Below are positions 40,843 to 50,500 of a stretch of 64,000 bases of DNA, piece by piece. This DNA is from a virus. The stretch's first letter is position 1. Every line of letters begins with the position of its first letter. Below the pieces are notes generated by a model, which had not been told where the DNA came from, did not search any database, and saw only the letters and a program-made list of their open reading frames with translations. The position numbers were made by a program, and so were the translations under genes. The stretch lies in IMG/VR virus record IMGVR_UViG_3300009661_000001, positions 637 to 64,636 of that record; one strand, 5' to 3'.

Positions 40843-41859
40843 TTAGTGGATGTTTTGAATTCGTACCTGTTCAGTCTTGGTCCAGAACTTGAATACTCTA
40901 TGAAATTTGCCTTTGATGAGAACGTATATTCTGTAGTCATCAAAGTACCTCATAGCAGCTTCATACTTAGCGCGGTTCTCTATTAAAGCTTCTTCCTTCG
41001 TCATCCAGTTATAGTTTGCTAGACCCAATGATGCCAGGTCTTTGACTTCAACCATTGTTCTACCTACAGCAAAATCAGGAGTGTACTTCGCCATGCATTT
41101 CTTGATTGGGTTATAGTAAAGAACCTTATACTCGTTTGGTTCATATCTTACTTTATCAAGTGGTACACCGCTATCCTTCAAATACTGCATGAACCTAACT
41201 TCAGTTTTCGATCTAACTATAATCGGCTTACCATTGAACTTACCTCTGTACCAAATACCAGTTGGTCTACAAGTTTGACAGCTTCTGATTACCCCGTACG
41301 GGGTTGTTACGCATTCGCGGGGAACTCTGTTTATATGCCCACATTTAATATGCTTGACCTTCAAATGACCATCAGCCCTTCGGCCAGATTTATATTCATC
41401 TAATAGTTGCATACCTCGAGACAGGGCTATTTTGCAGGCCTCTTCGTGAGAGTAACCAAGTTCCCTACATTCACCACATGGGACTTTTGAACCCTTCAAA
41501 CAGTCTGGTGAAACACGGAATTTATTCCCACACTTATGCTGGTACACATTCTTTCGCTTTGCACCGACAAAGGTAACACAGGTGTAATCTGTATAACCCA
41601 ATTCATGTAGTTCTTCCGTATGCGTCTCAGCAGTTCGTTTTATGCGGTAGAATTTGCGCTTGTGAGTACACGAACATACAGGTCCAGCTCTACCTTGTGA
41701 GTACCTTACTGTTCTATATAGTCCACAATCATTGCATGCCACAATTAATTCACGCTCACCAAGTATTTTAATGAGCTTGTAGTTCAGTCTGGTTGAATGT
41801 TTATCGGCAAACGCCTTAGCACTCATTGGTTTTTGTCCGCTCATTGTTCTATCCAACAA
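40843..41859 (-). mobile_element. Free-standing endonuclease: zinc-ribbon repeats plus a TnsA/gp4-like PD-(D/E)xK domain
   Basis: Several CxxC / HxCG units, then RSKTE...YEP...YTPDF....VEVK; visibly AT-richer than flanking capsid genes; probable start ATG 41844. Confidence 0.7.
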
Positions 41860-41873
41860 TGGTTATAAAGGAT

Positions 41874-41926
41874 GAGGTAGAAAGAACCGGATAGGATTCA
41901 GTCAGAGCCGCTAAGCCTTTTCCCTC
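41874..41926 (-). ncRNA. Candidate structured element, copy 2 (three-way junction upstream of the PD-(D/E)xK endonuclease gene)
   Basis: GAGG-GAAAA-GGC(TTAGCG)GCT-CT-GACTGAATC(CTATCC)GGTTCTTTC-TA-CCTC. Confidence 0.55.
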
Positions 41927-41940
41927 GAAAACTTACATAG

Positions 41941-41961
41941 AGAACCGCGCGAAGCGGTTCT
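41941..41961 (-). terminator. Hairpin downstream of the capsid gene
   Basis: AGAACCGC / GCGGTTCT 8-bp stem; weak U-tract. Confidence 0.5.
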
Positions 41962-41981
41962 AAACTACTGAAAAACCTACG

Positions 41982-43067
41982 TCACACTCTCAAACCTTTG
42001 GCAACCGAACGGCTGTTTGCCACCGAAATCGCGATCTCCTCGTGGATGACCCAGCCCATGCCTGGAATCTTCTCGTTGATGATGTCGGTCGGTTTCGAGT
42101 TCAGGCCGCCGCGATCCGAGTAGGCGCCGTGGTTCAGTGCCTCGGAGATAACGAAGAACTCGCCTTGGCTCAGCACCTTGTGTTCTGGGTGACGATAGGC
42201 GTCCGACGTGATCGTCATGCCGTACATCACAGCCAGTTCACCGGTCAGCAGCAACTCATGGCGAGCGACTGGATCGACGGCGGTGTAGAACTCGCTGTTA
42301 CCGACGATGTCCTGATACAGATCGGACGCCATCAGAATGTGTGGTGCTTTCAGGCCCCAGCGAGTGACGTTGGTCTGCACTTGCATCAGGGTGTACGGGG
42401 TCAGCTGACCACTGATAATCGACAGGTTGTTGTCGATACCGACGATCTGGTTGACTTGGTTGTACCACAGACGATCTTCTGCGACCATGATTGCTTCGGT
42501 CGCCTCGACGTACTTCTCTTGCAGCACATCGCCGGCCGATTGGTTCAGTTCGTTTTGGGTAACGAACGGTCGTGCGACGATGGACAGCTCAGGTGGCGTG
42601 TACCATTTGTCGCGAGTGATCTGGCTGTCGATCCGCGTTGGCGAAGTCGACCACACAGCCGTGACGTTTTTGGTACGCAGTGGGAAGCGCGGCACCGTAC
42701 CTTGATCGACTTGCACACGTGCCAGATACTTGCGCATGAAGCCCTGACGATTGGCCGTGATGAACAGACTGTCGGCCATACGTTCGCCCAGAACGCGGTG
42801 AATCTTGGCGTCGTTGAAACCTGCCAACGTCAGTTCACGGCTCGCCTTGACTTCTTGTTGCTCGCGCAACTTGGCTTCGCCGCTGACCAGACCACCGCTC
42901 GAAGCTGCGGTCAGGAATTTGATCTGTTGGTTCAGCAGGTCCTTCTTGGACGAAGCGTTAAGCTCGCCGTTGGCACCGACTGCGCGTTCGTTACTGCCCT
43001 GGAAACGGTACTCCGAGGCTGCAACGGTTGGGACGCGAGTTGCGCCGATTTTTACTTTCTCGCCCAT
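41982..43067 (-). CDS. Major capsid protein (HK97-type, probable)
   Basis: 361 aa, strong codon bias; follows protease, scaffold and decoration genes; EAIMVAEDRLW helix and GELAVMYGMTI motif. Confidence 0.78.
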   Translation of the reverse strand: MGEKVKIGATRVPTVAASEYRFQGSNERAVGANGELNASSKKDLLNQQIKFLTAASSGGLVSGEAKLREQQEVKASRELTLAGFNDAKIHRVLGERMADSLFITANRQGFMRKYLARVQVDQGTVPRFPLRTKNVTAVWSTSPTRIDSQITRDKWYTPPELSIVARPFVTQNELNQSAGDVLQEKYVEATEAIMVAEDRLWYNQVNQIVGIDNNLSIISGQLTPYTLMQVQTNVTRWGLKAPHILMASDLYQDIVGNSEFYTAVDPVARHELLLTGELAVMYGMTITSDAYRHPEHKVLSQGEFFVISEALNHGAYSDRGGLNSKPTDIINEKIPGMGWVIHEEIAISVANSRSVAKGLRV

Positions 43068-43106
43068 AATTTTTCTCCGTGATTGATGGTTGATTACGGC
43101 AGCTAA

Positions 43107-43778
43107 TTAAGGCGCCGAGAATTCGATGCCCAGATACGGGATATCCGAACCTGGGGCTGCCACGACGTAGCCGTTAATGGCCAGGCCGGTACCCGACTGG
43201 TCGGTGATCTGGCCGTTGGCGGCAAGCTTGATTGCCGTCGCTGCGTTCCAGTTCTTCGACGCATCGTATTCCGACGTGTAGATCAGGCCGCGCTTGATCA
43301 GGCCGATTTGGCCGATGTATGCACCGCTGTAGCCACCTGGTTGAATGTCGCCGATCAGAGCGCGAGCCTGGACGACGGTCAGTGCGTACTTGTAGGTGAC
43401 GTTGACTTGATCACCGACGGTCAAGCCGCTGACTTGATTGCCGGTAACGACAGGGCTGGCGACAGCGCTGTTCGAGGTCACGTCGAACACGAACGTCTGA
43501 CCGGTAACTGGCGTGAATTGCAGCGTCACGATGCCAGTTGCTGGAACGACGAAGGTCTCGATTTTGTTGGCGTAACCCTCAGCGAACGGAGCAGCCGAAG
43601 TACCAGCCAGCGAGAAGCCGGCGAAGACATCTGCCGAAGTACCGGTCGATGGCATCACGCCAGCCGATTGAGCGCCTTGAGCGCGGACCAGGGCCAGGCC
43701 CTCAGCAGTGATGTACACACCAGGTGCAACCGCTGCCTCAGCCGAGTCCGGGTATTTGGAAAGTGGACCGTAGATCAT
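43107..43778 (-). CDS. Head decoration/cement protein (probable)
   Basis: ATG 43778 after GGAGG; immediately upstream of the capsid gene; Ala/Gly/Thr-rich. Confidence 0.6.
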   Translation of the reverse strand: MIYGPLSKYPDSAEAAVAPGVYITAEGLALVRAQGAQSAGVMPSTGTSADVFAGFSLAGTSAAPFAEGYANKIETFVVPATGIVTLQFTPVTGQTFVFDVTSNSAVASPVVTGNQVSGLTVGDQVNVTYKYALTVVQARALIGDIQPGGYSGAYIGQIGLIKRGLIYTSEYDASKNWNAATAIKLAANGQITDQSGTGLAINGYVVAAPGSDIPYLGIEFSAP

Positions 43779-43826
43779 TGAAACCTCCAATAGTTGAGTT
43801 TGCTACATTAAACTACATGCTGTGAA

Positions 43827-45179
43827 TCAGCGTCCCAGAAACAGCGGTTGACTGCCATCCAACTTGGCCGAAGCCGTTACCGACAGCATACCCGGGCGGA
43901 CCGAGTTACCGATCTGACGTTGACGGGCGACGCCAGCAGTGGCCATCGTCGTCGGCATCACATCGTCGTCTTCACCGAGTTCGTCTGGATCATCGGTGCC
44001 GACTGGCAAGCTGTCTTCTTCCGATTCTTCCATATCACCGGAAGTCATATCCAGCGCCTCGACGAAGCCAGCGCGAGTTTCTTTCGGCATGGCCGACAGT
44101 TTCGTCGCCAGTTGAATCAGCTCTTTTGCGTAGGCGGGACCTTCGCTTGCAAACACACTGGCCAACAGGCGACGTGGATTGCGGACGCCGGCTTCTACCA
44201 GGCGAGCTTCCAGGGCGTCTTGCAGCGGATTCGTCACACCGGCGAAGTACTTGCGATTGATGCCGACAGCGGCGATTGCCATCGATTGATCCATCGTTGC
44301 GGCGTTGACTTCGTTGACCTTGCGAACGGCTGCGGTTTGCTTGTGAACCAGTTTCTTCACGCGCGCTTCAACAGCACTCGATTTGTTCATCGCGACCTTC
44401 GCCTCGATAAAGCCCATCGAACGCAGGCCTTTGCGTAGGCCCTGTTTGGCGATTTCGGCCGCCGTGACTTCTTGGAACTGGTCGGTCAGGTAGACGTCGG
44501 CGCGATCCAGTGCCGTTGCAGCGCGTTCGGTCAGCGTTGCGATGATGCGATTGGAACGGATGACCATCACACGCTTACCCAGCGTAGCAAAGGCCACATT
44601 GGTATCGTCGTCAGGCACCTGATCCACGTCCATCAGCGACATCGCTTCGTCACCCATTGCAGCTTCTTCAGGCTCGACAACTTCCTCGCCCTCGTCTTCC
44701 GAAATGGATTCTTCGCCTTCGTCGATGTCGTCTTCGGCGTGCTGGCTCAGCGGTTCATCCCAGTCTTAGTCGTCGCCTTCGGCGGTCAGTGGCGTTGGTT
44801 TGTTGCTGTTTTCCAGATCAGGTTCCAACGAACTCTGGACCTCTTCTTCGTCCATATCTTCGTCGTCATCCATATCGAAATCGGATGCGTTCTCCAGATA
44901 GCCCTTCGCTGGCTCGCCGTCATTCGGCAACGTGCCGATGTTTTGCTGGCAGTCGTCGCCGACCGTAGCCCTCGTTTTCTTGGCTTTCGCGGTAACCGAC
45001 GAGTGGGTCGAACCACCCGTGTAGTCTTCTGGATCGATCAGCGTGTCGGCGGACATATTGTTTTCGAGGTCTTGGTCGGCCTCGATGATGTCTACGTTAC
45101 CGCCGTTACCGCCGTGAGTCGAACCCGCCATGGTCTTGTTGCGCGGGACCAGGGGAGTCTTAGCTTTAGCAATAGGCAT
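43827..45179 (-). CDS. Scaffold/prohead core protein, one frame interrupted by an in-frame TAA at 44766-44768
   Basis: Track ORFs 44766..45179 and 43827..44657 are in the same frame; the 36 codons between them continue the acidic sequence. Confidence 0.7.
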
Positions 45180-45222
45180 GTTGCCCTCCTTGTGAATGAT
45201 TATCTTAAATTACGACCTGCGA

Positions 45223-45432
45223 TTAACCGTGAACTTTCTCTTTCAGGTCGCGCAGTTCCTCACGACGGTCTTCCAGTTGCTTACGCTCCTGGCTTGCGTC
45301 TTCCTTGTTTTCTTCCATATCGGCGACATCTTCCTCCAGGTTCATGATTTCTTTCTGGAGGTCAAGGATACGCTGCTTGTCACCGTTATCGTCCTCGAAT
45401 GCCCGCAACCGGGCAGCTGCTTCGATTTTCAT
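45223..45432 (-). CDS. MKIEA-tagged 69-aa coiled-coil protein
   Basis: Likely start ATG 45432 (MKIEAAARLRA), overlapping the upstream stop. Confidence 0.75.
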   Translation of the reverse strand: MKIEAAARLRAFEDDNGDKQRILDLQKEIMNLEEDVADMEENKEDASQERKQLEDRREELRDLKEKVHG

Positions 45433-45887
45433 AGCTTGACTAAGCCTTCCATGATGGGTAGCAGTTTCTTTGCAGATTCCATGTAGGCTTCCGCAACGTT
45501 CATACAATCCTTCAGGTCCTTCAAACCGTATTTGGCTTCACGTTTGATTTCGGCGACCACGTCTTTAGTAGCACGCATTTTCTTGGAGCTACTGTCCGTA
45601 TCAATCGAAAGGAAATTGCTTTGCAGTTCGACGCCGCTATCAACCGTTACGTTGACCGACACACTCAGGTAAGGTTCATCGGCCTCATCATCAGGTTCAG
45701 ACAGAGTGATTGTTACCTCGACTTCCACATCTTTACCCAATTTGGGTTTGAACTCGACGATTTCATCACCCCAGTTGTTCTTGGCCTTCTTGGTATAAGG
45801 ACCCAAGACCGCCTCAAATTTCTGTAACAGCGCACCCGCGCTGTCGGGACCAGCCGCCATAAGTCTTTTCTTGGCTTCGATTTTCAT
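45429..45887 (-). CDS. MKIEA-tagged acidic protein
   Basis: ATG 45887 after a GAGG RBS (MKIEAKKRLMA). Confidence 0.75.
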   Translation of the reverse strand: MKIEAKKRLMAAGPDSAGALLQKFEAVLGPYTKKAKNNWGDEIVEFKPKLGKDVEVEVTITLSEPDDEADEPYLSVSVNVTVDSGVELQSNFLSIDTDSSSKKMRATKDVVAEIKREAKYGLKDLKDCMNVAEAYMESAKKLLPIMEGLVKL

Positions 45888-45889
45888 GG

Positions 45890-46636
45890 TTACCTCGTAA
45901 GTATGTGGTCGCTCAAGGCCGTTGACCAAGCTGGGCTTTCGACCAGTGAGGTCTCAATACCTTGGATACCATGACTGTTTCGGAACGCAATCGAATCAGG
46001 TCCCTTGAAGTTCTTGACCACGCGCCAATCAATATCATTGCGTGGATCAAGATGCTGGCAGTATGAGTTCTCGGTCATTGGCTCACCGCAGCAGGAGCAG
46101 GTGAAGTTGTCAACCAGTGCACCCATCGAGTAGGTATTGATGTCACCATCCATGACGCGCTGCGCCATTTTCGGGTACTTCTTTTTATCGATACCCAGTA
46201 GACCCATAACCTTCCACAGCTTACCTTGTCCGTAGTCACTGACCTTATGCAGCGATGTATCGAAGATGATGCCATAGGCCGCAGTGTGGTCTTCGTTGGC
46301 GTGTTCGTAGTGAACAGGGCAACCAGTCCAGGTCTTGTAAGCCATACGGGCGTTTGGCGGCTCCTGAAATCTGGTCAACTCGTTGAGCGGGAACCCGATA
46401 CCGTTTCGATTCGGGATATCGGAAGGGCAAATAGGCGTCACAACCAGTATGTAATCCTCGATGTTCGGAGAGGTGTGGTACAGCTTTGCAGCGTACGGTA
46501 ACCAGGTCAGAGCATCGAGATTTACCAGCTCAGGATCGGTGTTCACGTCGGTAACGCGCTCTGATACTTGAGCTGCCGTTATGACGTTGGGTTTTTGCTC
46601 GGAGAAGTGACGTTCGCCAGAATGGAGTTCAAACAT
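45890..46636 (-). CDS. Prohead (maturation) protease, assemblin/HK97-type fold
   Basis: NRNG..F...EL, PVHYEH, YSMG...CSCCG, ETSLVESPAW motifs; position in the head operon. Confidence 0.7.
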   Translation of the reverse strand: MFELHSGERHFSEQKPNVITAAQVSERVTDVNTDPELVNLDALTWLPYAAKLYHTSPNIEDYILVVTPICPSDIPNRNGIGFPLNELTRFQEPPNARMAYKTWTGCPVHYEHANEDHTAAYGIIFDTSLHKVSDYGQGKLWKVMGLLGIDKKKYPKMAQRVMDGDINTYSMGALVDNFTCSCCGEPMTENSYCQHLDPRNDIDWRVVKNFKGPDSIAFRNSHGIQGIETSLVESPAWSTALSDHILTR

Positions 46637-47025
46637 TATCGCACCCCCATGTAAGCTTCACCAGCTGCCGACCACGTTATCTTGCAGCAGGTAAACAGTA
46701 CGTCAGCTTTGGTGATTTCTCCGGCAGGCACTGAGAGCGAATTACCCCACAGTACTGAACCCTGCACATTTGGGTCTGGGTCCATCGCCATACCCGGGTT
46801 AGAGAGGGTGAACTCAACAGTAATGGGTACAGAAGATTGGAAGAAGATACCAAAGTGCAGATCGTTAAAAATCAGTGCTGACAGTTGAACGATTTTGACA
46901 TCCCCGGATGCATCAGCACCCCAACCGCTCCAGCCGATACCAACAGGAACGTTGGCAGAGCCGATACCGCTGGGGCTATGACCGAGGTAACCTTTAGCAC
47001 GATTACCTACAGATTTAACTGCCAT
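46636..47025 (-). CDS. Hypothetical head-cluster protein
   Basis: Operon position; 129 aa. Confidence 0.65.
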   Translation of the reverse strand: MAVKSVGNRAKGYLGHSPSGIGSANVPVGIGWSGWGADASGDVKIVQLSALIFNDLHFGIFFQSSVPITVEFTLSNPGMAMDPDPNVQGSVLWGNSLSVPAGEITKADVLFTCCKITWSAAGEAYMGVR

Positions 47026-47027
47026 GA

Positions 47028-47453
47028 TTAGGCCTCGCTATGCGTGCCCGACACGTCCATGGTCATTGCGGAGGTCTCGGCAGGTGGAGTTTCAGGAGCT
47101 TGCTCGGCCGGCGCAGTTTCAGCGACGGGTTCTGCTGCTGGTTCGACAACAACTGGTTCGACAACAGCAGCAGGTGCAGCGGCAGGTTCCGTAGCAGCTT
47201 GCGGCTCGACTGGTGCAGCGGCTGGCACAGGAGTTACTGTTTCATGATGACCAGCCAAAGCCGCGATCTTTTTCCAGGTTGCCTCAAAGTGCGCAGGGAA
47301 CATCAGGATACCGTGCGCGGCATCATGCGCGACACCCAAGGTGAAGTGCGCGAAATCGCGGAATGCGGCAGCATCGGAAGCAGCCCAATGCTCACCTGCG
47401 GTGACTACGTGACCAGCTGCTACCATTGCTTTTTTGATGAGTGAGTAGTTCAT
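47028..47453 (-). CDS. Ala/Pro/Glu-rich hypothetical protein
   Basis: AAGGA RBS; low-complexity C-terminus. Confidence 0.65.
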   Translation of the reverse strand: MNYSLIKKAMVAAGHVVTAGEHWAASDAAAFRDFAHFTLGVAHDAAHGILMFPAHFEATWKKIAALAGHHETVTPVPAAAPVEPQAATEPAAAPAAVVEPVVVEPAAEPVAETAPAEQAPETPPAETSAMTMDVSGTHSEA

Positions 47454-47491
47454 TTTCAGGTTCCTTTCAACGAAAATATTAAATTGTAGCC

Positions 47492-47527
47492 AAAGAAAAA
47501 GCGACTAGCTTTATGGGCTAGTCGCTT
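47492..47527 (-). terminator. Intrinsic terminator after the SNF2 gene
   Basis: 11-bp stem AAGCGACTAGC / GCTAGTCGCTT followed by a T-tract. Confidence 0.85.
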
Positions 47528-47532
47528 GTGAA

Positions 47533-50500
47533 TTACTTCATATCTTGGTCGTTACGAATCTTGATTTTCTTCAGCTTCTTGAAGTGGGCACTGAGGTCTT
47601 TAACGTTGGAGATACCAATACCAGCTGCCTGTATCTCTTTAATTTTTTGACCTGTGTGCGCCAAATCGAGGCCGTAGTAGACCATCGATTCAGCACCCTT
47701 TGACCACTTCACTCCCGGGACCGCAACTTTCATCGCACGCAGGGCAGCTGGTTGGCCGCGAGTATGCATGACGATAAATGCCTTGCCATCTTCGATCATT
47801 GGGTATGGCTTGATTTCGTTCTTCGCAGTGGATGGCTTAGATTCCAGACGGAAGAAGTTTGTCAGTTGATTCTTGTTGGCAAAATTGAAGGTCTCCTTAC
47901 CGCTGCTGAGGCCACCGGATTTAATCAGTGCCGCCATATCCCATACTGCGCGGGCTACGTGCATCTTGCGGTACGTTTCATCCAGAGTAAAACCTTTTGC
48001 TTCCCACGCAGCAAAAAGTCTCCACAAAGCGGCAGAGGATTTGAACTGAGCCAAAGCGAATTGAGGAACAGGGCGGAAACCCAATGCCTGCAATGCCGAT
48101 TTAGCCTTGTCATCTTCCACAAAGTACGTGATGCCGAGGAAGCCATTACTGACGTTGAATTCCAGTTCGACATCGATACCGGTTTCGACTACCGTAGGTG
48201 TATGCTGTTTCTGCATACGTTCTTTTTCCGCCTTGCGCTCTGCTGCTTTGTTAAGGCGGAACGACGGACCGAGAATACCAGTAGGAGGTTGAACCTTCAG
48301 CTTGTCATGTTCAACAAGGCGACCTTTCTTGTCCTTCTTCTGACCAACTTGATCCATGATGGCATCGCGCATCTGCTTACCTGAGGTGTTCTTCTTGGTA
48401 ATGATGTAGGATGCCGCCATATGAACACGAACCAGATAGCCATTGTCGAGGGCGACGTTGAGTTTCTTCGCATGAAGCATGACGGTTTTGATTACGCCAT
48501 CGCCAAACTCCGTGTGGACGGCCTGACCTTGCAGCGCAACAGCAGCCTGTTTCTTGAGCTTCTGTTTCTCGGTGAGAGCGCCCTCTTCTGTTTCTTCGTC
48601 TTCCGATTCGTCCTCTGCACCGGCATTGTTCTGTGTATCCATGTGAAGGAATTCATCCACACGAACCAAACCGAGTTCACCGCTGTTGAAGATTTCCAAG
48701 CCAGGCACATACGGAACCTCTGCCATTATCATCGCGTCTTTTGGATTCGGTGCAATGACCAAAGGATCGAGTTTCAGTTCACCGTGTTTTGCGCGGTACT
48801 CAGCGTAGTCGTCGGATTTGACCTGATTGTAGACCTTGTATGCGTGAGCATACGTCGTCAGGTTTTCATTCCAGTCATTCATCGCCATAATCGAATCAAC
48901 GTTCATAGCAATGACCTTGACGTCTGGCACAGTTTCGTAGGCGACGCTTTCGGTGTTCTCGAATTTGGCGACTGCGATGACCTTGGATATCAGACGGCTG
49001 ACCTTGGTGATGTCCAACGTGTGGTTGGCAACAATCCAATCATAGTAGATTTTATCCCGACGTTCTGCCTTCTTCAGTTCAGGACGATTGACACGCGAGT
49101 TACCTTGTTCCAGTGTACCTGGGTTCCAAACCGTTTCCGTACGAATCAAGCGGCTGACGTGCTGGAAGTTAAGACCCGTATTCATGGAATTCTCAACACC
49201 AACCATCCAGCGCATTTTATCGTCTTGCTCAAATGCCCGACCCGCCTCGATTTTATCCGCTGCCTTGTAGAGGATACCCATTGCTCGCATATCGTCGTCG
49301 AAGGCTTCGTAAATTTCTTCGGCAGATTCGGTGTAGTTCGTAAAGATCAACACCTTGCCTTCGATACCCTGCTCGATGTGCTTTTTGGTGATGTTGATAA
49401 TCATGTTCACCTTAGGCGAACGACGATCCACACCTTGCAGCAGTTTGTCACCTAACGGATCGCGTGCGGGTGCAGTAATGTACTGCTCCAACCGTGCCAA
49501 GTAGAAGCCCAGCAATGCCTCCAAATCGGCACCTGCATCTTCATCGGCGATATCCTCTTCTTCATTGCCTTCCGCGTCGTCCTCGGTGTCCTCATGCAAC
49601 TCCTGCTTGGCATTCTTGAAGAACTTCTGCAACGTTTTGTTGGTCTTTGCGTCCTCGCGCATTTTGTCCAAGGCTTCGGTCAAAATAGCTTCGTAGACAC
49701 GTTGCTGGTTCTCTGTAAGAACAACACCGTGGAACAGTTCCTCCGCTTGAGGAAGCAACGCCGCCCATTCCTTACGCATCGCCTTCGCCACAACAACACG
49801 CGATTTGATGGCCTTCATGATGTCGTACTGCGCCTTGGGTTTCCACTCGATGACCCGATCACCCTTAACATTGGAGCCGTAGCGATTGTTGAATTCGCTC
49901 TTGGAACCGAACAACGTTGGATCTAGCATCGCAATCTGAATGGCCAGGTCAGACGGGGAATCGTGAGCCATCGTACCGGAGGCCAAACGTTTTTTCGGTA
50001 TGTCGGCAATCAGCGCCATACATGCGCGGGTACGCTGCGAATCGTTTTTGACGAAATGGCTTTCGTCCAACAATGCATATTGGAAGTTAAACTGGCGCAG
50101 GAACTCGATCAGCGGATACACAGTAACCGAGGTCGTACCGTAGCAAACCTGACGTTGTTTCTGGCGCAGCACATCGTAGTCAACAATGACCACAGTATTA
50201 CGCGGTGCATTGCTAATCATTTTCGACAGACGCTCGTAGCCATTACGGAAGGTCACGTAGGTATTGATTGGTATAGCGTTGATTTTACCACCGGTGAAGA
50301 ACGTAAGTTCTTTAACGTACTGCGGCACCAGGTGGGACGGGCAAATGATCAGGTACGGATTACTACGATTGGCTTTTATTTCGTAGCAGATGTCGGTAAT
50401 TGCCAGCGGAGTTTTACCACCACCTGCCTGCACTGGCAGGATAGCAAACGACGGGCTATCTTTCAGCAGATTGCGTACCTTCTTTTGGTGGGGCAGAAGA

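Noticed and set aside
42042-43082. 346-aa plus-strand ORF opposite the capsid gene (also 37799..38488, 44472..45347, 48421..49455)
   Set aside because: Expected by-product of strong codon bias on the minus strand; no independent coding signal.
4418-44768. Genome-wide stop-codon reassignment
   Set aside because: The two in-frame stops are different codons (TGA, TAA), and TGA, TAA and TAG all end many genes with tight ATGA/TAATG overlaps.
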